This document shows positions 1 to 8,491 of a stretch of 64,000 nt of DNA, piece by piece. The DNA is from an uncultured Rhodanobacteraceae bacterium. Lineage in GTDB: Bacteria; Pseudomonadota; Gammaproteobacteria; Xanthomonadales; SZUA-5. Location: NCBI GenBank assembly GCA_937928755.1, contig CALEZI010000137.1, forward strand, positions 8,068 through 72,067, read 5' to 3'. The position numbers and the translations under genes were made by a program. How positions within the stretch are numbered: the first letter of the stretch is position 1; every line of letters begins with the position of its first letter. The notes beneath the pieces are model-generated. The model was not told the origin of the DNA, did not search any database, and worked only from the letters and a program-made list of their open reading frames with translations.

Positions 1-905
1 TCGTCGTTGCGCTCGATGACATCGGTCAGGTACTCGTGCAGGCCGCTGCCGAAGATGTGGTCGATGCGGCCGAAGCGCAGTTGTGCGTAAAGCGAGTGCG
101 CCAGGCGCTTGCCTTCGGCCGTGCGTTGCGCATCCTGGCCGCTGATCTTGTCCAGTTGCGTGGTGATCTGCTCGAAACAGAACACCAGCGAGCGTGGGAA
201 CTCGGGGCGCAGGATCATCAGTTCGGCGACGTTGATCGGTGTCACCTGGCCCTTGAACAGCACGCGGTAGGCGCGCCGCGCACCGACCACGCGCAGGATC
301 GCCAGCCATTGGTAATAGTCGACCAGGCCACCGACGTCTTCCGGGTTCGGCAGGCGCACGTGGTACTTGACGTCGAGCAGGCGCGCGCTGTTGTCGGCGC
401 GCTCCAGAAACTGCCCGAGGCGGGTGAAATGGAAACCGTCGGCGCGCAACATGGTGCTGGTGTAGGCGCCGTGGAACAGCCGCGATCGCACTTTGACCCA
501 GTCGAGGAACGCCGCAACACGGTCGTCGTCGAGCTGTCCCGGGTCGAATCCGCGCATCTCCAGCCAGGTGGTGTTGACCGTGTCCCACAAGTCCGCGGTC
601 AGCGCGGTGCGCACGGTGCGCGCGTTACGCCGGGCGGTTTCGATGCAACTGACGATCGATGACGGATTGCGCGTGTCGAAGGCCAGGTAATGGATCACTG
701 CGGCAGAGGAAACCTGCGCGTGTTCGGCGGCGAATGCCGGCTGACAGCCGGCGGCGATGATTGCCGACTCCCATTCGCTGCTGCGATCGGCATCCACGCG
801 CGCCGCGCTCATGTGCGCGGCGCCCTGCAGCAGGCGCGCCACGTAATCGGCTCGCTCCAGGTAGCGTGCCAGCCAGAACAGACTTTCGGCAGTGCGCGCG
901 AGCAT
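1..905 (-). CDS. alpha-E domain-containing protein (DUF403 family), 3' part cut by window edge
   Basis: Not in the ORF track because it runs off the edge. The reverse strand from ATG at 905 reads MLARTAESLFWLARYLERADYVARLLQ..., a typical alpha-E N-terminus. Its ATG overlaps the TGA of the upstream ATP-grasp gene (TGATG), the usual partner arrangement. Confidence 0.7.
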   Translation of the reverse strand, partial: MLARTAESLFWLARYLERADYVARLLQGAAHMSAARVDADRSSEWESAIIAAGCQPAFAAEHAQVSSAAVIHYLAFDTRNPSSIVSCIETARRNARTVRTALTADLWDTVNTTWLEMRGFDPGQLDDDRVAAFLDWVKVRSRLFHGAYTSTMLRADGFHFTRLGQFLERADNSARLLDVKYHVRLPNPEDVGGLVDYYQWLAILRVVGARRAYRVLFKGQVTPINVAELMILRPEFPRSLVFCFEQITTQLDKISGQDAQRTAEGKRLAHSLYAQLRFGRIDHIFGSGLHEYLTDVIERND

Positions 906-2326
906 CAGCCCTCCAACACCCAGGTGTCCTTGGTGCCCCCGCCCTGCGAGGAGTTCACCACCAGCGACCCCTCGCGCAGTGCCACGCGGGTCAGTCCACC
1001 GGGCACGATGCGGATGCGATCGCCACCGCTGAGCACGAATGGCCGCAGGTCGACATGGCGCGGTGCGATGCCGTTTTCGACGAAGGTCGGCACTGTCGAC
1101 AATGCCAGCGTCGGCTGCGCGATGTAGTCGTGCGGGCGCGCCCGTAACAGCGCGGCAAACTCGGCCAGCTGCGCTTGCGTCGCATGCGGCCCGACCAGCA
1201 TGCCGTAGCCGCCGGAGCCGTGCACCGCCTTGACCACCAGTTCATCGAGGTGCGCCAGCACGTACTTCAGGTCTTCCGGCAGGCGGCAGTCCCAGGTCGG
1301 CACATTCGACAGCAGCGGTTCTTCGCCAAGGTAGAAGCGAACCATCTCCGGCACGTGGATGTAGACCGCCTTGTCGTCGGCAATGCCGGCGCCGATCGCG
1401 TTGGTGAGGTTGACGTTGCCCGCGCGGTAGGCGAAATACAGACCCGGCACGCCGAGCATCGAGTTGGGGTTGAACACCAGGGGGTCGATGTAGTCGTCGT
1501 CGATGCGCCGGTAGATCACGTCCACGCGCGCCAGGCCGCGCGTGGTGCGCATGTAGCAGACATCGCCCTGCACCAGCAGATCCTCGCCCTCGACCAGTTC
1601 GATGCCCATTTCGTCGGCAAGGAAGGCATGTTCGTAATAGGCGCTGTTGTGGATGCCGGGGGTCAGCAGCACCACGGTCGGTTCGCCGCGGCAGTTCGGC
1701 GGCGGTACCGAGCGCAGTGTCTCCAGCAGTTCGTCCGGGTAATGCGCCACCGGTGCCACCGAAGCTCGCCGAAACAGGTCGGGAAACAGGCGCAGCATGA
1801 CCTCGCGGTTCTCGACCATGTAGGACACGCCGGACGGCGTTCGGCAATTGTCCTCGAGCACGTAATACTGGTCCGGACCGGTGCGCACCATGTCGATGCC
1901 GGCGATATGCGAGTAGATGTGGCCGGGCAGGTCGAAGCCCGCCATCTCTGGCCGGAACTGCGAATTGTTGATCACCAGCTGTTCCGGAACGCGGCCAGCG
2001 CGCAGGATCTCGCGGTCATGGTAGACGTCATGGATGAAGGCGTTCAGCGCCTTGACTCGCTGCTCCAGGCCGAGTTTGAGGCGCTGCCATTCGGCCTGCG
2101 CCAGCACCCGCGGAATCAGGTCGAACGGGATCAGGCGCTCGGGGTCGCCGCCTTCGCTGTAGACGGCGAAAGTGATGCCGATGCGGCGGAACAGACCTTC
2201 AGCTTCGCGCCGCTTGAGCGCCAGTTGCTCGTGCGGTACTGATTTCAGCCACGCATCGACCAGCGCGTAAGGTGCGCGCGTCTCGCCCGGCCAGCCCATC
2301 TCGTCGAAAACCGCCGTGTCGCTCAT
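905..2326 (-). CDS. circularly permuted type 2 ATP-grasp protein (DUF404/DUF407)
   Basis: Track ORF 905..2374. Full-length family-like sequence (MSDTAVFDEMGW...YALVDAWL...RIGITFAVYSEGG...LIPFDLIPRVL). Start placed at internal ATG 2326 (MSDTAVFDEM); 2374 is the alternative. Confidence 0.8.
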   Translation of the reverse strand: MSDTAVFDEMGWPGETRAPYALVDAWLKSVPHEQLALKRREAEGLFRRIGITFAVYSEGGDPERLIPFDLIPRVLAQAEWQRLKLGLEQRVKALNAFIHDVYHDREILRAGRVPEQLVINNSQFRPEMAGFDLPGHIYSHIAGIDMVRTGPDQYYVLEDNCRTPSGVSYMVENREVMLRLFPDLFRRASVAPVAHYPDELLETLRSVPPPNCRGEPTVVLLTPGIHNSAYYEHAFLADEMGIELVEGEDLLVQGDVCYMRTTRGLARVDVIYRRIDDDYIDPLVFNPNSMLGVPGLYFAYRAGNVNLTNAIGAGIADDKAVYIHVPEMVRFYLGEEPLLSNVPTWDCRLPEDLKYVLAHLDELVVKAVHGSGGYGMLVGPHATQAQLAEFAALLRARPHDYIAQPTLALSTVPTFVENGIAPRHVDLRPFVLSGGDRIRIVPGGLTRVALREGSLVVNSSQGGGTKDTWVLEG

Positions 2327-2558
2327 CGTGGATCCCGTGTTTGCGGCCTGAGCCTGCCGAGGGGCGCCGGGCACGTCAAGCGTTGGCAGAGAAATTCTCG
2401 CCCGGTGCCCCCCGGTGGTGCGCGCTGCAGGGTGCGGCCGGCGCCATGCACCAAACCGGGTCCACGGACTGTTGTGCGGTCCGGGGTGTCCTGGAGCAAT
2501 CGCACCACGCCCACGGCCCTACAAGATCGACGCCATCCAACCGTTTTGAGATGCCACC

Positions 2559-3779
2559 ATGTCCAATCCGAAACCGCGGCCGGTCGTCGGTGCGACCACG
2601 CGCCCCGCAGACGATCTGCGCGGCGCCTCGCGTCTGGCCATCGATGCGGTGACCGGCGTCACCGATCTGGTCGAGGCCATGCATCGAACCATCAGCGGCA
2701 TCGCGCCGCCGATCGGCAAGGCCGTGCCCGGACCAACGGGCGGGATTGCAGGGCTCGTCTATCGCAGCGTGCGCGGCGCCACGCGTCTGGTCGGGCAGGG
2801 TATAGACGCCGCTCTGGCGGCAGCATCGCCGCTGCTGCGCGAGGCACAGCCGATGCCGCTGCGCGATGCGGCGGTGGCGGCGCTCAATGGCGTTTACGGC
2901 GACCACCTCGAACGCAGCAGCAATCCGTTGGCGATTCCGATGACGCTGCGTCGCGGAGGCGTGCCGTTGGCGCTCGATGGCGAGTCGCTGCGGCAATCGC
3001 TGCCCGATCCAGGCCCGCATTTGCTGATCGCTCTGCACGGCCTGTGCATGAACGATCGCCAGTGGTGCCGGAACGGCCACGACCACGCCGCGGCTTTGGC
3101 AACCGAGTTCGGCTACACGCCGATCTACCTGCATTACAACAGCGGTCGCCATGTCGCCGACAACGGCCGCGATTTCTCGCACCTGCTGGAGCAGTTGCTG
3201 GCAACGTGGCCGTTCCCGGTCGAGTCGCTGACATTGCTCGGGCACAGCATGGGCGGCCTGCTCGCGCGGAGCGCTGCGCATTACGCCCAGGCCGAAGGGC
3301 TGTCGTGGACCGGAAAGTTGCGCAGCATGGCCTTTCTCGGCACACCGCATCATGGCGCGCCGCTGGAACGCGCCGGCAACTGGTTCGACACCCTGCTCAG
3401 CCAGAGCCCCTACAGCGCGCCGTTCCTGCGCCTCGGCGAAAGTCGCAGCGCCGGCATCAAGGACTTGCGCTTCGGCCACGTTACCGATGCCGTGCCGCGC
3501 GGACGCCATCGACACGACACGCGCGAGCCGGTGCCGTTGCCCGATGGGGTGCGCTGCTATGCCGTCGCCGCCACCCGCGGTCGTGCCGATCGACCGGTCG
3601 CAAGCCTGCCGAGCGATGGCCTGGTGCCGATCGCCAGCGCGCTCGGGCAGCACCACGATCCGACCCACAGCCTGGCGATCCCCGAGCAGCAGCAATGGAT
3701 CGCGCACCAGTGCAGCCATTTCGACCTGCTCAGCCGCGCCGATGTCTACGCACGCTTGCGCGATTGGCTAGCGTTGTAG
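2559..3779 (+). CDS. alpha/beta-fold hydrolase (serine esterase/lipase-like)
   Basis: 406-aa ORF with the nucleophile-elbow motif GHSMGG (LLGHSMGGLLARSA) and a long N-terminal extension (RLAIDAVTGVTDLVEAMH). Good coding-like composition in this frame only. Confidence 0.7.
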   Translation: MSNPKPRPVVGATTRPADDLRGASRLAIDAVTGVTDLVEAMHRTISGIAPPIGKAVPGPTGGIAGLVYRSVRGATRLVGQGIDAALAAASPLLREAQPMPLRDAAVAALNGVYGDHLERSSNPLAIPMTLRRGGVPLALDGESLRQSLPDPGPHLLIALHGLCMNDRQWCRNGHDHAAALATEFGYTPIYLHYNSGRHVADNGRDFSHLLEQLLATWPFPVESLTLLGHSMGGLLARSAAHYAQAEGLSWTGKLRSMAFLGTPHHGAPLERAGNWFDTLLSQSPYSAPFLRLGESRSAGIKDLRFGHVTDAVPRGRHRHDTREPVPLPDGVRCYAVAATRGRADRPVASLPSDGLVPIASALGQHHDPTHSLAIPEQQQWIAHQCSHFDLLSRADVYARLRDWLAL

Positions 3780-3781
3780 GA

Positions 3782-3870
3782 GTCACGGTCGCCCCCTGGC
3801 GGTGCGCTTGTTCGCGCATCGAACAGAGGCGTGGCAAGACTGCGGCCTGTATTTCAGGACGCAAAGGAAG
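3782..3870. repeat. about 89-bp dispersed repeat unit (gtcacggtcgcccc...tgtatttcaggacgcaaagg)
   Basis: Recurs in inverted orientation at 35912..35996 with only scattered mismatches. Both copies are intergenic and next to GCAAAGGAC repeats. Confidence 0.7.
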
Positions 3871-4034
3871 CTAGTTGGTTTGCCATTAATTCGTTGAATA
3901 ATTTCCGCGCCTTTTGACCCGAATGCGTCGTTGTTCGTCGTCGCCATAGCCCTGCTATGACTCCTCCTCTCGCCTAGCCTCGAGCCAAAATGCATCGGAA
4001 ATTTCTTCAGCCAATTAATGGCAAACCACACTAG
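3871..4034. mobile_element. MITE copy 1 (164 bp) with perfect 22-bp terminal inverted repeats CTAGTGTGGTTTGCCATTAATT
   Basis: Differs from the copy at 56335..56499 by one single-base indel and one substitution, read by eye. Terminal inverted repeats, CTAG at both ends, no coding capacity, lower GC than the flanks. Confidence 0.8.
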
Positions 4035-4042
4035 GGGACTGC

Positions 4043-4150
4043 TTTTTTGTCCGCAAAGGACGCAAAGGACGCAAAGAAGGCCAAGAGCCAAGGTGTTGAT
4101 GGTCTGCTGGCTTTGCGTTCTTTGCGTTCTTTGCGTCCTTTGCGGAAAAA
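4043..4150. repeat. GCAAAGGAC-type inverted-repeat element, copy A
   Basis: Left arm ttttttgtccGCAAAGGACGCAAAGGACGCAAAG. Right arm is its complement (ctttgcgttctttgcgttctttgcgtcctttgcggaaaaa). Central spacer about 34 nt. Confidence 0.85.
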
Positions 4151-4158
4151 GCTCTAGC

Positions 4159-4212
4159 TGTGGGAGCGGGTTCATCCCGCGAAAGCACTCGCGGAGTGAA
4201 TCCGCTCCCACA
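4159..4212. repeat. REP-like hairpin (TGTGGGAGCGG ... CCGCTCCCACA)
   Basis: 11-bp outer stem plus an inner imperfect stem (ttcatcccgcga/tcgcggagtgaa). A second copy lies at 36031..36086. Confidence 0.75.
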
Positions 4213-4378
4213 TGGAAATCAAAGCCTTACGGCGTGTTCGGTGCGAAAGCGCCGCGCACGCGTCGCCCCGGCGAAACCCGCATAGGCCACAAGTTTTTCG
4301 CCGACTAACGCGGTCTTTACGCACTCGCCGCACCCGCTTCGCCAATATCGCGCCCCATCGCCCTGCTCTGTCCTGCCC

Positions 4379-5404
4379 ATGCGTACCTGGATACTCGCCG
4401 CGTTCTGCCTGCTGAACGTCGCGCACGCCGCGGCTCAGACCAGCGCCACCCTCCCTGTCGAGGCATCCACGGTTGAGCAGTCCGATCCCGGAGTGCAGAT
4501 CTTCGATGCCATGGTCGTCAGTGGCGTGCAGCCCGGTCCCGGGCTGTGGCGGGTTTCGAAGGGCGACAACGTCATGTGGGTGCTCGGCACCTTGATGCCG
4601 CTGCCGAAGAAGATGCAGTGGGTGTCGCGCGAGGTCGAGCAGGTGATCGCCGAGTCGCAGGAAGTGTTGCTCGGACCTGGCGCCAAGCTGAAGAAAGAGA
4701 TTGGCATGTTCCAGGGGCTGCTGCTGTTGCCGGCGGCGCTGGGCTCGCGGAAGAATCCCGAGGGCGAAAAGCTGGTGGAGCGAGTGCCGCCCGAACTGTA
4801 TGCGCGCTGGACCCCGTTGAAGGCGAAGTACATCGGCCGCAGCCGCGGCATCGAAAAGCAGCGGCCGTTGTTCGCGGCCTTGAAGCTCTACGAAAAAGCC
4901 ATCAAGAAAAACCGCATGACGCAGGAGAGCGTGGTCCTGCCGCTGGTCAAGAAGATCGCGAAGAAGCACCAGGTACCGGTCAACCGCCCGGAAATCGAAA
5001 TCGACATCGGCAATCCGCGCGAGGCCCTCAACGACTTTGCCGACAGCCATCTGGAGGACCTGGATTGTTTTGCGAGAACGCTCGATCGCCTCGAAACCGA
5101 TCTCGACACCATGCGCGAACGCGCCAACGCCTGGGCGACCGGCGACATCGAGGCGCTGCGGTCGCTGCCGTTCACCGATCAGAACCAGATCTGTGCCGAC
5201 GCCATACTGCACGCCGGTTTCACTCGCGAGCGCGGCCTCGACGACATGCGCGAACGCCTGGGCACGGCTTGGCTGGCGGCAGCCGAGACGGCGTTGAAAC
5301 GCAACAAGTCGACCTTCGCGATCCTGCCGATGCGCGAGGTGGTCAGCGCCGGGGGATACCTCGAAACTTTGCGCGCGCGTGGGTACGAGGTCGAGGAACC
5401 TTGA
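4379..5404 (+). CDS. TraB/GumN family protein (secreted/periplasmic)
   Basis: Signal peptide MRTWILAAFCLLNVAHAAAQ. LWRVSKGDNVMWVLGT... and AWATGDIEALRSL segments resemble GumN-family proteins. Assigned from memory of the family, not by search. Confidence 0.55.
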   Translation: MRTWILAAFCLLNVAHAAAQTSATLPVEASTVEQSDPGVQIFDAMVVSGVQPGPGLWRVSKGDNVMWVLGTLMPLPKKMQWVSREVEQVIAESQEVLLGPGAKLKKEIGMFQGLLLLPAALGSRKNPEGEKLVERVPPELYARWTPLKAKYIGRSRGIEKQRPLFAALKLYEKAIKKNRMTQESVVLPLVKKIAKKHQVPVNRPEIEIDIGNPREALNDFADSHLEDLDCFARTLDRLETDLDTMRERANAWATGDIEALRSLPFTDQNQICADAILHAGFTRERGLDDMRERLGTAWLAAAETALKRNKSTFAILPMREVVSAGGYLETLRARGYEVEEP

Positions 5405-5489
5405 CGCGCCGGGGAACGCCCGATCTGGCACAATCGACGCGTTTGCGCGGACTGTGTCGTGCAAATCCGACGATCAGGATGCGCTGCCG

Positions 5490-6014
5490 ATGCTGACGCT
5501 TTCATCTTTGCTGCTGGCCGTGGCGCTGGCTGCGCCCGGCGATATCTATCGGTGCAAGGACGCTGCCGGTGCGGTCAGCTACCAGGACCACCCGTGCGCT
5601 GGCGCCAGCACGGCGCCGATGATCAAGGCGGGTGACGACTCCGCTGCGAGCCAACTCGCATTGCAGCAGTGGCTGGACGGTTATCGGCAACGCAGCGATG
5701 CGGGTCGTGGCCAACCAACTTCGCGCCCGCTGTCGCTGCCGCGCAGCGGCACAGGGGCTGCCGTCAGCGAAGCACAATTGGCGATGTGCTCGGAGCGGTT
5801 CCTGCACTGCGCGCATGGCGACGCAGCGACCATGGATCGCTGCGTCGACCGTTTGCCGCGCTGTGGCAGCGGCGGCGCGCCTTGCTGTCCGCAGGCGTGC
5901 ATCGCGCGGTATCAGGGACTGCGCCAGAGCGGACAACCCTTGGCGAGCGCCGTCCGTCTGGCGCTGCTCGATCCCGATGCGCCGGCGTGCGGCGGCGCCA
6001 GCGCACTGCGCTGA
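5490..6014 (+). CDS. DUF4124 domain-containing protein
   Basis: Internal ATG of track ORF 5379..6014. Signal peptide MLTLSSLLLAVALAAPG followed by DIYRCKDAAGAVSYQDHPC, the DUF4124 signature. Cys-rich C-terminus. Confidence 0.6.
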   Translation: MLTLSSLLLAVALAAPGDIYRCKDAAGAVSYQDHPCAGASTAPMIKAGDDSAASQLALQQWLDGYRQRSDAGRGQPTSRPLSLPRSGTGAAVSEAQLAMCSERFLHCAHGDAATMDRCVDRLPRCGSGGAPCCPQACIARYQGLRQSGQPLASAVRLALLDPDAPACGGASALR

Positions 6015-6047
6015 CGCACTCCCTGCCCGCCGGGCAGAGCGGGCGCC

Positions 6048-6203
6048 TCAGGGTGTGGTCGGCTTGTCTTGCGCGTTGCGCTGCGCGTCGTCGTCGGGCG
6101 ACGACGGTTTGGCGGCCTGCTTCTTCAGCCGCTTTTCTTCCTGCTGCTTGGCTTTCTTCAGCTCGCGCTGACGCTTGTCGAACGAATAATTGGGCTTGGC
6201 CAA
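6048..6203 (-). CDS. small basic protein (51 aa), hypothetical
   Basis: Not in the ORF track (too short). TTG start preceded by GGAGG at a 6-nt spacing. Translation: MAKPNYSFDKRQRELKKAKQQEEKRLKKQAAKPSSPDDDAQRNAQDKPTTP. Lies in an otherwise empty spacer. Confidence 0.45.
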   Translation of the reverse strand: MAKPNYSFDKRQRELKKAKQQEEKRLKKQAAKPSSPDDDAQRNAQDKPTTP

Positions 6204-6296
6204 TGCCGGCCTCCGTGTGGATGGACCTTTACTCTAGCCCGGATGTTTCATGAATTGCACGCGCACTCGCTTGCCTGTGCTTGTCCGTTGATCCGC

Positions 6297-6989
6297 TTAG
6301 ACCGCACCCGGTGGCCCGTACAGCGCAATCGCCCAGACCACAGCGCAACAGGCAAGGAACAGCGGCAGCGCCAGCCACGGCGAACGCCAAACCGCATCGG
6401 CGCCATCTTCACGCAGTTTGCGACCGGTCAGCATTGGCGTGACGAGATCCTCGCGTTTGACCAGGCGGTAGACCGACACCGCCAGCAGGTGGACGACGAT
6501 CAAGGCCAGCAGCAACTTCTGCCCGAGCTGGTGCCAGTCGGTCCAGTCCGCGCTCGCGTCCATCGAGATGCGCTCGGACAGCGGTCCGAACCATTCGATC
6601 TCGTCGTTGCTGAAAAGGCCGCTGACCGCCTGCGCGAAGATCAGCGCGAGCATCGCCAGCACGGCAACTGCGCCGAGCGGGTTGTGCCCGAGCGCCGGAC
6701 GATAACTGTGGGCGCCCCAACTGCCGAGGTAACTGGCTATCGCCCGTGGACCGCGCACGAAATCGGCAAAACGCGCGTGTTCGCTGCCGACCAGGCCCCA
6801 GAGTATGCGGAACAGCACCAGGGCCAGCGTTGCGTAGCCGAAGCGGAAATGCCATTGCATGCTCAGCCAGCCATATTCGCCGGTGGCGTACAGGCCAACG
6901 ATGCAGATCACCAGCGCCCAGTGCGTCAGTCGGACCGGCAGGTCCCAGACGCGCACGCTGCGCGCCCCGGTCGTGGTCGCCGCGCTCAC
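6297..6989 (-). CDS. cytochrome b561 / Ni-Fe-hydrogenase b-type cytochrome family membrane protein
   Basis: VRVWDLPVRLTHWALVICIVGLYATG and further His-containing helices (4 predicted TM segments). GTG start overlaps the stop of the upstream murD-type gene (GTGA). Confidence 0.8.
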   Translation of the reverse strand: MSAATTTGARSVRVWDLPVRLTHWALVICIVGLYATGEYGWLSMQWHFRFGYATLALVLFRILWGLVGSEHARFADFVRGPRAIASYLGSWGAHSYRPALGHNPLGAVAVLAMLALIFAQAVSGLFSNDEIEWFGPLSERISMDASADWTDWHQLGQKLLLALIVVHLLAVSVYRLVKREDLVTPMLTGRKLREDGADAVWRSPWLALPLFLACCAVVWAIALYGPPGAV

Positions 6990-8359
6990 AGGCCGATCCC
7001 CTCGATGCGTTCTTCGCCGACCTCGAATCCGGCCAGCCGCGCAAACGCGCGGCCGCGCTCGGCGTAGTCGCGGAACTGGTCGAAACTGGGGGCGCCGGGC
7101 GACAACAGGACGACGCCGCCGCTGGGCACCAGCGCGCGCGCGCCAGCGACCGCTTCGTCGAGCGTCGCGACCAGCTTCAGCGTCGGTCGCGGAGTCCGCG
7201 TGCTGGCCGCGTAAGTCGCTTCAATCTGAGCGTGGATGCGCGCGCCGTTCTGGCCCATGGCGATGACCGCGGTCGGCGGATCGGCGGCAATCTGGCGCGC
7301 AAAATCGCCCCAGTCGAGGCCGCGGTCGAAGCCACCGACCAGCACCACGGTCGGGCGCGGTGCGACGCTGCGCAGTGCCGCCAGCGTCGCCTCCGGCGTC
7401 GTCGAAATGCTGTCGTCCACATAGGCGATTGCGTCGCGGGTCCCGACATGCGCAAGTCGGTGCGGCAGCGGCTTGAAATCGCGCACGGCCTTGAGCAGCC
7501 CGCGCGGGTCGTGGCCAAAGGACTCGACCATGGTGAAGGCGGCCGCAACATTGCTGGCGTTATGGGCGCCGGCCAGATGGGTCTCGGCGAGATCGATGAC
7601 ATGTTCGTCGTCATGCCAGACCTCGGCGCCGCGCGCATGCCAGAAACCGCGATGATTGAACAAGGTGCGCCGCTCGATGCGCTCGGCGTGCGCCATCAGG
7701 CGCGCGTCGGCGGCATTCAGCACGGCGAGATCGGCGTTGCCGTCGATGCACACCTTGAGCTTGTCGCGGTAGTAGGTTTCCTCGTCGCCGTGCCAGTCGA
7801 GGTGCTCGGGCGACAGGTTGAGAACGGCGGCGATGGCCGGGTGCCCGACGAAATCCGCAGCCTGGTAACTGGACAGCTCGATGACCCAGTAATCCGGGTC
7901 GGGCTGCGGCTCCATGACGTCAAGCAGCGGCAGGCCGATGTTGCCGGCCAGCACCGTGCGCGCGCCGGTGGCGCGCAGCAGCGACGCGGTCAGCGCGCTG
8001 GTGGTGCTCTTGCCCTTGGTGCCGGTGATGACGATGGTCTTGTCGTGGCGATGCTGGGCAAACCACATCGACGTTCCAGAGATAAAGCGCGTGCCGCGAA
8101 AATGCGCCCACTCCATCGCCCGCGCGTGCTGGTAAGGGCTGATGCCCGGCGACTTGATGACGATCTGGTATGGCCCGAAGGTACCTGCCTGGACCTCTTC
8201 GGCGACCACCTCGATCAGCGGATCATCGCCGAAGTCCCAGGCTGCGGCCTCGGCCGGCGTCAGGATCACGCCGAACTTCTTTTCCGGAAAGATGCTGCGC
8301 AGGAAGCGCAAAGCTGCCTGGCCTTCCTGGCCATAGCCCCAGACGGCGACCTTGCGCAT
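6986..8359 (-). CDS. murD: UDP-N-acetylmuramoyl-L-alanine--glutamate ligase (MurD family; possibly the L-Glu-specific MurD2 type)
   Basis: Mur ligase motifs: ITGTKGKSTT P-loop, NIGLPLLD, ELSSYQ, LPHRL, DDSISTTPEAT, LLSPGAPSFDQFRDYAERG. Start placed at MRKVAVWGYGQEG (8359), alternative 8386. The track ORF extends to 8680 through non-coding-looking sequence. Confidence 0.85.
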   Translation of the reverse strand: MRKVAVWGYGQEGQAALRFLRSIFPEKKFGVILTPAEAAAWDFGDDPLIEVVAEEVQAGTFGPYQIVIKSPGISPYQHARAMEWAHFRGTRFISGTSMWFAQHRHDKTIVITGTKGKSTTSALTASLLRATGARTVLAGNIGLPLLDVMEPQPDPDYWVIELSSYQAADFVGHPAIAAVLNLSPEHLDWHGDEETYYRDKLKVCIDGNADLAVLNAADARLMAHAERIERRTLFNHRGFWHARGAEVWHDDEHVIDLAETHLAGAHNASNVAAAFTMVESFGHDPRGLLKAVRDFKPLPHRLAHVGTRDAIAYVDDSISTTPEATLAALRSVAPRPTVVLVGGFDRGLDWGDFARQIAADPPTAVIAMGQNGARIHAQIEATYAASTRTPRPTLKLVATLDEAVAGARALVPSGGVVLLSPGAPSFDQFRDYAERGRAFARLAGFEVGEERIEGIGL

Positions 8360-8491
8360 GACGAAGGCTTCGAGGCTGATATGCATGCTATGGCGTGTGG
8401 TCGGAGTTGCCGCGAATGATGCGTGGCGGCGCGTGAAGATGCACGGGGGTGGCGTGCTCAGGCTCCGAGCGGCGCAATGCCCCGGAAGAGC

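Noticed and set aside
2376-3874. Long ORFs 2376..3719 (-) and 2405..3874 (+), overlapping the alpha/beta hydrolase gene
   Set aside because: Arg/Ala/Pro/Gly-dominated translations with no motifs, typical of shadow frames in GC-rich DNA. The 2559..3779 frame has a real hydrolase motif.
3783-4211. ORFs through the MITE copies (3783..4211 -, 56335..56829 -, 58813..59100 -) sharing FAINWLKKFPMHFGSRLGERRSHSRAMATTNNDAFGSKGAE
   Set aside because: The shared peptide comes from the repeated DNA. There is no start/RBS context, the ORFs run through terminal inverted repeats and other repeats, and the elements are too small for a transposase.
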